Notes: generated from the letters alone by a model not told the origin. 64,000 nucleotides of DNA from an uncultured Candidatus Saccharibacteria bacterium (GCA_964541305.1 CAZIPE010000002.1:7972-71971), one strand, 5' to 3'; positions 1-10,245 are shown, numbered from the stretch's first letter. Translations and numbers: made by a program.

Positions 1-1574
1 GAAACCTGGTTTTCTCTCGCTACACCAATTTTTACGCCTGGATTCAAAATAGTATGAGGATCAAAGATCTTTTTAACTGCTTCAAATAGCTTGTAGACTT
101 CGGGGCCATAGACTGAAGGCAAGTATGGTGCGCGCAGGCGTCCATCATTGTGCTCACCAGCAGTTGAGCCACCTAATTTAAGTACCATTTCGTAGTATTC
201 ATCCATAATTTTGAACACTTTCTGTCTATCACCTAGCTGACTTAAATCAAGGAACGGTTGTAAGTGAAGATTCGCATCACCCGCGTGACCCCATACTGCA
301 GCTTGCAGATTATATTTACTAAATATTCCGTAAATTCCTTTAATAAATTCGGGGAATTTTTCGTGCGGCACTACACCATCTTCAATAATTGGTAGGGCTT
401 TTTTAGTACCTTCGCTATGGGCAATAACAGCTGCCGCTGAGTGGCGTATTTTCCACAGCTCCTCGCGTTCATCATAGTCGGTGGTGACCTGAAAATCGGT
501 GGTGACTTTTTTCATAATTTTAGTCAACTTTTTTAGCTTTCGAGTCTGCATACCGCGACCAATATCATCAAATTCAACAAGTAAGAGAATCTCTGGAAAT
601 GGCGGCTCAAGCAAGCCCTTCAGCTGATTGGGGCTATGTTCTTCGATGAAGTCAAGCAGATGTTTATCTACCATCTCAAGCGCTGCCGGTTGCAGGCGCA
701 TAATATCTGAGATGACTGAACTTGCTTGATCAATTGTAGCAAAACCCGCTACCATTAAAGTTCGTTTCATATTATTTGGCGAAAGCTTGATGTGCGCCTC
801 ACTGATGACCGCCAATGTTCCTTGTGAGCCAACGAGGAGTGGCGTCAAATCAAAATTACCATTTTTTTGCTTCACTTCCATCAAATTGTAGCCAGCAGAA
901 TTCTTACTGACGTCTTTTTGAATTGACTGAATGAGCTCCCAATTATCTGAAATTAAGCCATCAAGATGACGGTAAATTTCGCCCTCAAATGTCGAGAGGC
1001 CTTTTTTATGGTTTAGTTCACGCTTAGAAAGCTTCCCCGTTTCAATTAGCTCACCGTTAGCCAACACTGCCTTCAGAGAATGCACAAAATTCTTGGTTGC
1101 ACCATATTTTACCGTTCGCTCTCCTGCTGCATTGTTTGCAATTGCACCGCCTACCGTTGAATAATCTATCGAGCTTGGATAGGGTGGCAAGAACAGTCCG
1201 TGCGTTTTGATAGTATCTTGGAAATTTCGATAGTTAATGCCCGGCTGAATACGTGCAATCTGCTTCTTTACGTCTAGTTCGAGTAGTTTATTCATATGGG
1301 CAGGGAAAACCAACATAATCCCATCACCTAATGCTGCACCGGCTTGGTCTGAGCCGGCACCGCGAGCTGTTATGCTTATTGGTTTACCTTTTTCTGCTAA
1401 TTGCCAGCAAAATCGGGCTACTTTTCTGATATCATCCGTAGTTCGTGGATAGATGACTAGCTGAGGCTGTACCTGAAAAACACTTCCATCGGTACTGAAA
1501 TAGTTTCGAACATTTGCCGCCGATGAAACCTCTCCCACAATATGTTCCCGTAAATAAGATGCTACTTTACTCAC
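1..1574 (-). CDS. FAD-binding oxidoreductase (GlcD / D-lactate dehydrogenase family); 3' end runs off the window
   Basis: Absent from the ORF track because there is no stop codon inside the window. My minus-strand translation reads MSKVASYLREHIVGEVSSAANVRNYFSTDGSVFQVQPQLVIYPRTTDDIRKV..ITARGAGSDQAG..LVGSQGTLAVISEAHIKL..LGGSTAGEHNDGRLRAPY..IFDPHTILNPG, which fits the FAD_binding_4 plus FAD-oxidase C-terminal pattern. GTG start at 1574 is preceded by GGAGG (1580-1584) with a 5-nt spacer. Confidence 0.8.
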   Translation of the reverse strand, partial: MSKVASYLREHIVGEVSSAANVRNYFSTDGSVFQVQPQLVIYPRTTDDIRKVARFCWQLAEKGKPISITARGAGSDQAGAALGDGIMLVFPAHMNKLLELDVKKQIARIQPGINYRNFQDTIKTHGLFLPPYPSSIDYSTVGGAIANNAAGERTVKYGATKNFVHSLKAVLANGELIETGKLSKRELNHKKGLSTFEGEIYRHLDGLISDNWELIQSIQKDVSKNSAGYNLMEVKQKNGNFDLTPLLVGSQGTLAVISEAHIKLSPNNMKRTLMVAGFATIDQASSVISDIMRLQPAALEMVDKHLLDFIEEHSPNQLKGLLEPPFPEILLLVEFDDIGRGMQTRKLKKLTKIMKKVTTDFQVTTDYDEREELWKIRHSAAAVIAHSEGTKKALPIIEDGVVPHEKFPEFIKGIYGIFSKYNLQAAVWGHAGDANLHLQPFLDLSQLGDRQKVFKIMDEYYEMVLKLGGSTAGEHNDGRLRAPYLPSVYGPEVYKLFEAVKKIFDPHTILNPGVKIGVARENQV

Positions 1575-1785
1575 TCCTACCTCCACATAGTGTAATCATA
1601 TGCACTATGATACCACACCCTGTGATCAATCTGGCAGTACATGATAGAATAGTCGAGATGTGCGCGAGTGGTGGTGCACAAGTGGCGGGCTTGCGTGAAA
1701 CGCAACCAGATGAAAAGTGTAGACGCCCGCGTCATGTATTGTCCGAAAAGACATTAAACTAGTGGCTACCTACAATTAATTACAA

Positions 1786-1872
1786 GCGCGAGTGGCGGAA
1801 TTGGTAGACGCGCTAGCTTCAGGAGCTAGTGAGAGCAATCTCGTGGAGGTTCAAGTCCTCTCCCGCGCACCA
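1786..1872 (+). tRNA. tRNA-Leu (anticodon CAG), class II long variable arm, encoded CCA
   Basis: Cloverleaf read by eye. Acceptor GCGCGAG/CCCGCGC has one A6-C67 mismatch. D arm is GCG-GAAUUGGUAGA-CGC. Anticodon stem CUAGC/GCUAG carries loop UUCAGGA. Variable arm is GAGAGCAAUCUC and T arm is GGAGG-UUCAAGU-CCUCU, followed by ACCA. A TACAAT box lies at 1771-1776. Confidence 0.9.
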
Positions 1873-1889
1873 TTTGTACATATCAAAGA

Positions 1890-3656
1890 TTACGGGGTCA
1901 TGCGGACCGGGCGAGTATTTACTGTCCATTCTTCAACATTGGTCAAATGTTCAGCTACGTTATTTACTGGGAAGACCTTAAAGCCATCGGCGTTCTGATT
2001 GTATGAATAGTTTATACGGGGTTGATACAAGGCAATGGCCGGTGCTGACTTTTGCCATTCATCTAAAAATGTCTGGTAGCGGGCAGTTCGAAGAACCGGG
2101 TTAAGGCGCGTACGGGCAACTTCCAGGCTGATATCAGCTCGAGCTGAGTTCCATTCTGAAAAGTTTAGACCACCCGCCTTTGCCTGTGATGAATGCCAGT
2201 AGGCATACACATCTGGGTCAGCACCGATATCTACGCCGTAGAGAAATATATCGTACGAATGAGCCAGTAGAGCATTCTGCTTAAGCTGTTCTTGACCGAG
2301 CAGTTGAATATTTAGCTTTACACCAAGAGGCTCGAATTGTTTTTGTAGTTCGCTTGCCATGGAACTATACTGATTGCTATCAGCTGTCACTAATTCAAGA
2401 TCAAGTGTCTGCTTCCCCTTTTTTCGGACCCCATCTTTTATCTTCCACCCTGCTTTATCAAGAATCTGTCCTGCTTGTTTTTTATTAGTCGCTTGCGAAT
2501 ATTTTGCATTAAAACCAAGTTGCCCAGGCAGTAACGGTGTTTTTAATGGCTGATAACGAGCACCAAATATATCGAGTACGGCAGTTCTATCGATTGCTAA
2601 AGTAAGTGCCCGGCGGACATCCGCATCATCTAGCGGGGCTTGTGTCGTCTTCATGAATGCAAATACTCCGCTCCTGGTTGGGATATTTTCGGTGCGGATT
2701 TTAGGATCGTCGCTCAGGCCTTCAACGGCAATATTATCGAGGTCGACGGCAGCTGTTATTTCGCGATTCTTTAAGGCTTTTACTAATTCTTCTTCTTCAG
2801 TAAATGCTGCGAGCGTGAATCTATCAACTTGAGTCTGAGGGCGAAAATAACGTTGATTGCTCACCATTTCAAGATTTTGCCCATTGTTTGTGGGCCGAAG
2901 CATCTTCATAACAAATGGTCCCGTTCCAACTGGAGCGTTATTGAATGCAGAGGTGCGTAGAAGTTCCACCTGAGTATCCTTGAGCAGATGACGAGGCAAG
3001 ATTGGCACAGTGAGACTATGAGGAAAAGGTGCGGTTGGTGCAGCCAGCTCAAATCGTACCGTTTGGTTATCTATGGCTTTTACATCTACACCCTGCCAAT
3101 TTGTGTATAGTGTCGAGCGAGCATCTGGATTCTGAATAGTTTTAATGGTAAATACGACATCCTGAGCAGTAAAAGGTTGACCGTCATGCCACGTAACGTC
3201 GTTCTTGAGCACCACATCATAGGTGCGATTATCTTTTTTTACGCCCCACTCTTTGGCTAGGTCGTTTTCAAGCTCACCCGACGTATCGTAGCGGAGTAGG
3301 CCGTTAAAAAGCAGGGCGCTTGCGGTACTATCAACGCTTCCACTTGCAAATAATGGGTTCAAGTTGTTAATTACACCACTAATCCCTTCGATGTATGTTC
3401 CACCATCCGTTGCTGTTTTGGTGTAGGTTTTTCGGTACAAGCCCCAAGCCCCTACACTTGTCGCCAGACTCACCCCAACGGCAAGCGCTAGCCATCCGAG
3501 GGTGAAACGGCGAATACCAACAATTCGATCTGATCGGCGAGTCAGATAACGACTCACATGCTTTGACCAAGATCCTTGAATATTAATAGCCTTATCGCCA
3601 ATATTTTTGGTGATATCGCCAGTCTTTTTCTTCAATTTCTTCTTTGAGCTAAACAT
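1890..3656 (-). CDS. ABC transporter substrate-binding protein, family 5 (peptide/nickel type), N-terminally membrane-anchored
   Basis: 588 aa. A basic N-terminus is followed by a TM helix (FTLGWLALAVGVSLATSVGAWGL) and then SBP_bac_5-like sequence (..LLRYD..G.L..DLA..W..S.D..TY...LR..V.WHDG.PFTA.DV.FT). No permease or ATPase partner is present in the window. Confidence 0.8.
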   Translation of the reverse strand: MFSSKKKLKKKTGDITKNIGDKAINIQGSWSKHVSRYLTRRSDRIVGIRRFTLGWLALAVGVSLATSVGAWGLYRKTYTKTATDGGTYIEGISGVINNLNPLFASGSVDSTASALLFNGLLRYDTSGELENDLAKEWGVKKDNRTYDVVLKNDVTWHDGQPFTAQDVVFTIKTIQNPDARSTLYTNWQGVDVKAIDNQTVRFELAAPTAPFPHSLTVPILPRHLLKDTQVELLRTSAFNNAPVGTGPFVMKMLRPTNNGQNLEMVSNQRYFRPQTQVDRFTLAAFTEEEELVKALKNREITAAVDLDNIAVEGLSDDPKIRTENIPTRSGVFAFMKTTQAPLDDADVRRALTLAIDRTAVLDIFGARYQPLKTPLLPGQLGFNAKYSQATNKKQAGQILDKAGWKIKDGVRKKGKQTLDLELVTADSNQYSSMASELQKQFEPLGVKLNIQLLGQEQLKQNALLAHSYDIFLYGVDIGADPDVYAYWHSSQAKAGGLNFSEWNSARADISLEVARTRLNPVLRTARYQTFLDEWQKSAPAIALYQPRINYSYNQNADGFKVFPVNNVAEHLTNVEEWTVNTRPVRMTP

Positions 3657-3673
3657 ACAAAGTAAAGAAGGAT

Positions 3674-3892
3674 TTATCCGCGAACAATTCCGAGCACTAG
3701 CGAGACAATAAAGACAACAGCTAATATAATCGTCACCTGGTGCATAGATTTGTCTACGCCCCGTCGCTCAGTAAATAGTTCGCCGGTTCCGCCAAAACCC
3801 GCACCCAGGCTTGCGCCCCGCGTTTGAAGCAAAATAAGAAGTGTCATAAGTACCGCGCTCACAATAGTAATAATTTGGAATATGTTGTTCAT
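3674..3892 (-). CDS. secG: preprotein translocase subunit SecG
   Basis: 72 aa with two TM helices and the typical LLQ..G.G.G..FGG motif (LLILLQTRGASLGAGFGGTGELF). Confidence 0.75.
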   Translation of the reverse strand: MNNIFQIITIVSAVLMTLLILLQTRGASLGAGFGGTGELFTERRGVDKSMHQVTIILAVVFIVSLVLGIVRG

Positions 3893-4272
3893 GTAGTCTC
3901 TTTCGTTCGCAAGTCGAATACTCGCGTTACTATATAGTTTATCAAGCCAATGACCACCCCGGCAAGTAGTGCGGTGAATAACCCCTTAATTTCGAACGGT
4001 TTGTAAACGATATCGACCAAATAAATCATCAGCGCATTTACCACAATTGAAAACAGTCCGAGCGTAATAAGGTAAGCCGGCAGGGCAAAAATGACAACTA
4101 TGGGCTTGACCACTGCGTTGATGAGGGCTAAAACTGTTGCGGCAATACATAACACCACCAGACTACTTTCGTAGGATATTTTCGGCAAAAACTGAGCAGC
4201 AATAAAGATACCTAGGGCATTAGCGCCAACGCGCACAAGCAACTGAGCAAACTGCTTTTTCATCTTATGCAA
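3889..4272 (-). CDS. DUF360 / phage-holin-family-4-like membrane protein
   Basis: 127 aa with 3-4 TM helices and YvlD-like sequence (NALGIFIAAQFLP..I...S......IAA.VLALINAVVKPIV..FALP). Overlaps the secG start by 4 nt. Confidence 0.6.
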   Translation of the reverse strand: MHKMKKQFAQLLVRVGANALGIFIAAQFLPKISYESSLVVLCIAATVLALINAVVKPIVVIFALPAYLITLGLFSIVVNALMIYLVDIVYKPFEIKGLFTALLAGVVIGLINYIVTRVFDLRTKETT

Positions 4273-4285
4273 TTATAGCATACGC

Positions 4286-5497
4286 TTATTCGTAGCTGAC
4301 GAATGCACTCAGATTGACGGCACCATTTTTGGTAACAAGAATATCATCTTCAATACGAATTCCCAGCGCTTCTTCGGCAATATATATACCTGGCTCAACT
4401 GTAATGACCATATTTTCTTGGATTGTCGTGTAATCGCATACATCATGCACATCAAGCCCTAAGCTGTGACTGACCGCATGTGGAAAATAGGCTCGTATGT
4501 TTTTACGGATATTTTCTTTGATTAAACCGAGTTTCATGAGCTCTTCACCCATTTTCTCGTCAACTCGAGTAACATAATCACGCCGGGAGAGGCCTGGCTT
4601 AATGAGTTGCAAGGCAAAAGCATGCACCTTCATTACGGCCCCATAAACTTCCTTTTGTCGTTTTGTTGGCGTGAAACTAAAAAAGGTGCGCGAGATGTCG
4701 GCGCTATATAAGTTCTGTTCTGCACCAACATCGAAAAGCACTGGCTCACCGGAGCCAATAGTCCGAGCGAGGTTGCTGGAGTGAAGAATACAGGTGTCCG
4801 CGCCACTTATTACTATCGGTGCAAAACCGTGCTCTACACCAGCACCTGCAAACACGTAATCGAGCTCTGCCTTAAGAGCGTAGCCCGCTGCACCCACTTT
4901 AATTTTCTGTCGGGCCTTCGTAATTCCTAGAGCAGTGATATCAATCGCCTGTTTAATCGCTTCAATTTCTACTGCTTGTTTAATTTGACGCAGGGAGGTG
5001 AGTTCTGATCTGATATCTACAATGCTAGATTTGCTATCATTACGTTTCAGTTTTTCAATGAAACGTCGGCGGTTCCCATTGGTGAAGAAGCTATCAGTAT
5101 GGGTTACTTTGGTGGGAGGTGACAAAATGGTGTGAATTCTTTTGCGACTCTTTTGCAAGTTCTTCAAATGAGCCCAACCCTCTCGATAATTCATGACTCT
5201 TCGCACTCCTGACACCTCTGTAATGCTGCGAGTATCTATGGATCCACCGAACACTTCTTCAGCATCAGTCTTTTTCGGCAAAATGATAAATTCGTCACTA
5301 TTTTCACCGTCCAAAACCAACAACAAATCTGGGTCAGTCAATCCCGTGAGATAATAGAAGTTACTATCTTGGCGAAACGGGTAGACGGTATCGCCACTTC
5401 TCTGCATAAATCCATTCGCCGTAACGACAATCAATCCATCGTCTACCAGTTTCTGTAGTCGCGTACGATTATTATTGAAGAAGTCTTGGTTGAACAT
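4286..5497 (-). CDS. pepP: Xaa-Pro aminopeptidase (peptidase M24B)
   Basis: 403 aa with the M24 metal-ligand blocks FDVGAE..YSADISRTF, HAVSHSLGLDVHD, EPGIY and IRIEDD. Confidence 0.85.
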   Translation of the reverse strand: MFNQDFFNNNRTRLQKLVDDGLIVVTANGFMQRSGDTVYPFRQDSNFYYLTGLTDPDLLLVLDGENSDEFIILPKKTDAEEVFGGSIDTRSITEVSGVRRVMNYREGWAHLKNLQKSRKRIHTILSPPTKVTHTDSFFTNGNRRRFIEKLKRNDSKSSIVDIRSELTSLRQIKQAVEIEAIKQAIDITALGITKARQKIKVGAAGYALKAELDYVFAGAGVEHGFAPIVISGADTCILHSSNLARTIGSGEPVLFDVGAEQNLYSADISRTFFSFTPTKRQKEVYGAVMKVHAFALQLIKPGLSRRDYVTRVDEKMGEELMKLGLIKENIRKNIRAYFPHAVSHSLGLDVHDVCDYTTIQENMVITVEPGIYIAEEALGIRIEDDILVTKNGAVNLSAFVSYE

Positions 5498-5512
5498 GTC
5501 GTATATTGTAAC

Positions 5513-6985
5513 TTACTTAAGATGTGCCTTGATGGTCTTTGCTTTAATTATTCCCACGAGGTTTGCTATATCGGAAACTGTAGCCGACTGAATAGCTGAG
5601 ACTGAACCAAATTCCTTAAGCAGTTTCTTTCGTGTTTTCGGCCCAACACTTGGAATATCATCAAGAACGCTTTTTGTTTGACCGGTACGTTTTAAGTGTG
5701 TGTGATAGCTGACGGCAAAGCGATGTGATTCATCTCGAATTCGCTGTAATAGTTTTGTAATATGATCGTCATTTTTCAGATTGATAACTATGAAATCATC
5801 GCTATCTTTAACCCAGGCACCCGCGTAAACTGCGTTAACGGCTACATTCGATCTCGACTTGTGTACAACAATTTCCTCCTCCCGCTTAGCGAGTCCAATG
5901 GTCGGAATGGCAATACCCACCTCTTCAAGCGCGCTGAGAGCTGAAGAAAGCTGTCCTTTTCCTCCATCAATTAAAATGAGGTCTGGTGTTGGCCAATCTT
6001 TGTGACGTCCTGAGAATCGACGTGCCATCGTCTCGTTCATATGAGCAAAGTCGTTATTCCCCGGGACCCTCATTTTAAATTTTCGGTAACTCGCTTTATC
6101 TGCCAAGCCATTGGTTGCAACAACCATACTTGCCACATTGTTCGTGCCTGACATATGACTGATATCGTAGCCTTCAATTCGCTTTGGAACAGCTGGCAAG
6201 CCGAGTAAATTCTTCAGACCTACTAGCGCTTCGTCTTTAGAAATATCCATAAATTCTTTATCCGAAAACACAATCTGTCTTTGTAATTCTTTCAGATTGC
6301 AGAGCTGATCCCGTGCCTGGCCGGCTTTTTCAAACTCTGAAGCTTTTGCAAACTGCTTCATTTCTTTTTCTATTTGTTTGACCACCTCATGTCGCTTTCC
6401 TCTCAGATAAAGAATGAGTTTCTTGAGTGATGCCTTGTATTCGTTTTCTGGTATTTTTTCTTCTTCAACTCCAGGACAGAGCCCAATATGATATTGCAAA
6501 CAGACGCGTTTTGGCATAACCGTATGGGTAGAATACGGAAATACTTTTCGCAAATACTTCATGGCCTTCTTGATTGCCCACCCATTGTAGTAGGGGCCGA
6601 AATACTGTGCGCCGTCATCAAGGGGTCCTCGCGTGAAACTTACCGCGGGATACTTCTCTTTCATAGGAATTCGTATGTACAGCTGGCTTTTGTCATCACG
6701 AAGTAAAATATTATACCGGGGTTTGTAGCGCTTTATCATTTCTGATTCTAAAAAGAGCGCGTCAAGCTCAGTCTCAACTGTTATCCAATCAACGTCAGCA
6801 ATTTCAGCCACAAGTGCTTCGGTTTTTGGGTCAAACGGTCGTGAAGTTTGAAAATACTGTCGCACCCTATTTTTAAGCACCGCCGCCTTCCCCACATAAA
6901 TCACTTCCCCACTTTTTGATTTATGAAAATAGACGCCCGCCTCATTTGGCAACGATTTTAACTTGTTTTCAAGATTAGTATTCAC
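5513..6985 (-). CDS. uvrC: excinuclease ABC subunit C (compact, 490 aa)
   Basis: Has an N-terminal GIY-YIG domain (GVYFHKSKSGEVIYVGKAAVLKNRVRQYF), a UVR-like helix (EFEKAGQARDQLCNLKEL), an endonuclease domain and a C-terminal HhH. GTG start is 6 nt downstream of TGaTAAGAT. Confidence 0.9.
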   Translation of the reverse strand: MNTNLENKLKSLPNEAGVYFHKSKSGEVIYVGKAAVLKNRVRQYFQTSRPFDPKTEALVAEIADVDWITVETELDALFLESEMIKRYKPRYNILLRDDKSQLYIRIPMKEKYPAVSFTRGPLDDGAQYFGPYYNGWAIKKAMKYLRKVFPYSTHTVMPKRVCLQYHIGLCPGVEEEKIPENEYKASLKKLILYLRGKRHEVVKQIEKEMKQFAKASEFEKAGQARDQLCNLKELQRQIVFSDKEFMDISKDEALVGLKNLLGLPAVPKRIEGYDISHMSGTNNVASMVVATNGLADKASYRKFKMRVPGNNDFAHMNETMARRFSGRHKDWPTPDLILIDGGKGQLSSALSALEEVGIAIPTIGLAKREEEIVVHKSRSNVAVNAVYAGAWVKDSDDFIVINLKNDDHITKLLQRIRDESHRFAVSYHTHLKRTGQTKSVLDDIPSVGPKTRKKLLKEFGSVSAIQSATVSDIANLVGIIKAKTIKAHLK

Positions 6986-6991
6986 CCCTAT

Positions 6992-7000
6992 ATCTTATCA
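6992..7000 (-). promoter_or_regulatory. extended -10 box TGaTAAGAT, 6 nt upstream of the uvrC GTG
   Basis: The reverse complement of 6992-7000 is TGATAAGAT. The same 11-mer core (forward tatcttatcag) recurs at 53591-53601, upstream of the NUDIX-rsmA unit. Confidence 0.5.
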
Positions 7001-7137
7001 GAATCTACCAACTACATCTTGTTGGAGCGCTTTGACTGGCAGAACATTGTTTGTGTGGTTAGAGTCAAAATCATGATTGGAAAATGTGAATACTGAGTAT
7101 TAATACGATATAATTCTAGTGTGTTTAGAGAAAAACT

Positions 7138-7782
7138 ATGATTTCGCCTGGCTATGAAGGCCCCCTGATCAATCCATTGTCTCGAGATGAAGGGATCAAC
7201 CTTACGGTTGATTTGAGAGCAGCGCACCAGGGAGATGACTATCACAATGCCGATGTATTTGGGAGAGTAATCCACTATGGCGGAGTAAACTATCTAGAAG
7301 CAGAGATGAATCATGATCCAAAAAGATTTGAAGCCAAAGTTGAAGATCGAGTACGTGAACTGAAAGAAATTATAGCACCCCACATCGGTAGATGGGCGGC
7401 AGCCAAGCATAATAGGCTTGGGGTAATGAGTGAGACTGGTTGGGAGCTTTGGGAAAATAATTACGCAAGCACGAGGGTGATGCATACGAGTGGCATAATT
7501 CTTGGAGTATCTGGAGTGGCGTTGGATAAATGTATGTATTTCGATTATGATCACCCTGGTAGAGTCGACGAAGCACGGGTAGCCTCATGGCGTGGAGGTG
7601 CTTATAAAATTGGTGTCATTTTAGACACTACTCACACCAAGCCGGCGTTCTGTTACGGTGTTGAAGCACCAGAAACAAATAGAATGCTCGTACCAATCCG
7701 TGGCCTACCTAGTCGGAGAAGTTTATTCAACGGGATATGGTCTTGGCAAATTAGCGGCATAGACAAACACAGAATAAACTAG
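7138..7782 (+). CDS. hypothetical protein (214 aa), no family recognised
   Basis: Long ORF with an in-frame TAG 9 nt upstream of the ATG. A TATAAT box lies about 25 nt upstream (near 7107-7112). I recognise no motif. Confidence 0.5.
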   Translation: MISPGYEGPLINPLSRDEGINLTVDLRAAHQGDDYHNADVFGRVIHYGGVNYLEAEMNHDPKRFEAKVEDRVRELKEIIAPHIGRWAAAKHNRLGVMSETGWELWENNYASTRVMHTSGIILGVSGVALDKCMYFDYDHPGRVDEARVASWRGGAYKIGVILDTTHTKPAFCYGVEAPETNRMLVPIRGLPSRRSLFNGIWSWQISGIDKHRIN

Positions 7783-7895
7783 TTTCCCTTACGTCTTATC
7801 AGTTCAGTTTTCATATAAAACAACGTCCATACAGGTTAACGGACCAGTATGATAAAACATTAATTAATTGTGTGGCATTGTTTATAAGGGCAGAA

Positions 7896-9059
7896 CTATG
7901 CTTTTTCTAGATGAGGCTTTCGAATGTGAGAGAGGAGCCAATATAACAAAGTAATGACGGCTATTACGGTTATGCCCCTTAGTGCAACAAAAATATTACT
8001 ATTCTTGATAACCCAACCAATGACCAGGCTTGCGGGGATGGATATGAAGGTACCGATGAACGAAAGAGTAGATAGTATTGATGCGCGAACGCTGGAGGGA
8101 GCTGCATCTTGAATTCGTGTTTGAATTTGATTAACTAACGCAGCTGCGGCTATTGCCTGTGCCATAAAAATCCCGATGCTAAACCTATTATCATCAATCA
8201 ATGACATGGCAATAAGCGGTGCAACCGTTAAGACAATCAGTAAATCTAGTTTCGCAATAAAACGATGTGCAATAAAACTACCGATAGCCCACGTGAACGC
8301 ATATATCGCCCATAAAACACCGAGTACTTCTGGCGAAGACATGTAGCGAAGAAAGTATAATTGGCCAAAGTCTTGTTTAAATATTTCTACTATCGTGAGA
8401 GACGAGAAAATTATAGTCAATATTAATATCTCGTTGGTCTTAACCATTTCTTTGACTACTCGCGGTAACTCTCTAAGAATTCTCTCTTTATTCTCAGGTT
8501 TGTAAACCTTCGGTTCATGTAAACTTAATAATATTATGATATTAAGTAAACACGAGACAATTGTTACATAAAAGGTAAATCTAAAATCGAGTGCGCTGGC
8601 TAGAAAACCACTAAAGATATTTGCCACCCCAGCCGATACGAGGAACAGTGCGTGGGCTCTTCCGAAAACTTTACTAAAATCTCCAGGTCGCCCCTCTTCT
8701 TTAAGACTGTCATAAATAACGGCCTGATAGGTGCCGCTGGTACATACTATGTAGAAACCATAGAAAACAGCACCTAATAGATACATTGATAAGTTATTGC
8801 TTGTTCCCAGTATAAATGAACTAGTAGCTAGAGATATTGCCGAAAGAATAAGGGTACCCTTGCGACTCCATTTATCTGCGAGTATTCCTGAGGGAATGTC
8901 GAAAATAAGTGTAATAATTAGTGTTAGCACGCTTACGAGTCCGATGCCAAAAGCATTGATACCGATACTCTGCATAAATAACTTCTCGATGCCGTACCAG
9001 AATACTAAACCCGTAAGTACGTGGCTGATGTATACTTTCTGCATCTGTGTAAGCGTCAT
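7896..9059 (-). CDS. MFS transporter
   Basis: 387 aa with about 11-12 TM helices. The loop 2-3 MFS signature is GILADKWSRKGTL. Confidence 0.8.
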   Translation of the reverse strand: MTLTQMQKVYISHVLTGLVFWYGIEKLFMQSIGINAFGIGLVSVLTLIITLIFDIPSGILADKWSRKGTLILSAISLATSSFILGTSNNLSMYLLGAVFYGFYIVCTSGTYQAVIYDSLKEEGRPGDFSKVFGRAHALFLVSAGVANIFSGFLASALDFRFTFYVTIVSCLLNIIILLSLHEPKVYKPENKERILRELPRVVKEMVKTNEILILTIIFSSLTIVEIFKQDFGQLYFLRYMSSPEVLGVLWAIYAFTWAIGSFIAHRFIAKLDLLIVLTVAPLIAMSLIDDNRFSIGIFMAQAIAAAALVNQIQTRIQDAAPSSVRASILSTLSFIGTFISIPASLVIGWVIKNSNIFVALRGITVIAVITLLYWLLSHIRKPHLEKA

Positions 9060-9211
9060 GATTGTCTCTAACTATATCAGTATCATCATTTCAGTTCGAA
9101 TCTAGATTATTCAAATCGTATCAAAACCATTGTTTAGTCAAAAATACAGATAAATATGTACATTCTTTGGTACAACATTGTTTCCGAGGTTAGAACATTA
9201 GTTACAAATCC

Positions 9212-9240
9212 TTGACATTATTATTCAATTTTGCTATAAT
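9212..9240 (+). promoter_or_regulatory. consensus sigma70-type promoter TTGACA-17-TATAAT driving ORF 9249
   Basis: TTGACA at 9212-9217, a 17-nt spacer, then TATAAT at 9235-9240. The ATG at 9249 is only 8 nt downstream, which implies a leaderless or near-leaderless mRNA. Confidence 0.7.
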
Positions 9241-9248
9241 ATGTTATT

Positions 9249-10091
9249 ATGTCGTTTTACGAAGATGAACCGCAACACCCGAGAGCACAAGACATTCAAC
9301 TCACCCAAGAGAATGAGGTGTTAAGAACTGAATTTCTTAAAGGAGTAGAAAGAGCTATAACAAGTGACTTTGCGCACACCTTTGAGGTTACAGATACATC
9401 AGATAGAAGTGGTTGGCTTGCTTTACCTGGCCCAAAATACTTGTCGCGAGCTGTAATTATGAAGCTTGATGGACTCAGCTCTGAACTTGCTGATGGGAAT
9501 GAAGGAAACGAAGTATTACCACCTCTATTTAATGTAGTGATTGAGGTATCTGGTCATCAACTTGATAAAGATAGGGCTACAGATATTACACCACAAGAAG
9601 CGGAGGACCTTGATTTCGTCTGGCCAGATGGCTTAAAGATAACCCTTATTGATCACACGTACTCAAATGTTTCAGCTTGGAGTTATTGCTGGCAGCCAGC
9701 TATGAGACCTGCTGAATTTGATTTTACTGGCTATAAAACAGGATTTGAAGTGAATATTGAAGATACGCCGAAGACTCCAGTTTTAGCTGCTATGGGCATT
9801 AAGATAGGTGGTTTAGATGGACTTGGAATAACCGAAGATGGCTTTGATCGATTGACCGACTTTCGCATTATTAATCAGATTCTTCAAAGCGGTAGTCCTG
9901 ATCTAGAAGGTACTCGAAAATTAGTGGAGATACTGCAGACTAGTGAAAGCGCTGAACTTCTAACTATTGAGCCCCGAGTTATTAGAAATAGCATGCCATA
10001 TTTTAAAAGGTTAATTGCAACTGCTATAGACACACCTAAATTCAGAGATATGCTTGCATGGCGTCAATATTGGGATCAAAAAACTGCCTAG
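9249..10091 (+). CDS. hypothetical acidic protein (280 aa), no family recognised
   Basis: Long ORF directly behind a perfect promoter. No TM segment or signal peptide is apparent. Confidence 0.55.
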   Translation: MSFYEDEPQHPRAQDIQLTQENEVLRTEFLKGVERAITSDFAHTFEVTDTSDRSGWLALPGPKYLSRAVIMKLDGLSSELADGNEGNEVLPPLFNVVIEVSGHQLDKDRATDITPQEAEDLDFVWPDGLKITLIDHTYSNVSAWSYCWQPAMRPAEFDFTGYKTGFEVNIEDTPKTPVLAAMGIKIGGLDGLGITEDGFDRLTDFRIINQILQSGSPDLEGTRKLVEILQTSESAELLTIEPRVIRNSMPYFKRLIATAIDTPKFRDMLAWRQYWDQKTA

Positions 10092-10245
10092 AATAGCTTG
10101 TAGGTCGTTCAAATCAGGTTGAGTATCCAAGTTTTACGAGGCTAGAACCGAAGTTCTCAACACATGTAATATTTATCCTGTGTAACAGTAATGTTACAGC
10201 ATCATTTGTGAGGTTAGGACTACAATTTAATTACCTGAAGATGTT

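Noticed and set aside
1514-1998. ORFs 1514-1762 (+) and 1792-1998 (+)
   Set aside because: The first spans the divergent promoter region between the FAD oxidase and tRNA-Leu. The second is simply the tRNA-Leu sequence read as protein (MAELVDALASGA..) running into the antisense of the SBP gene.
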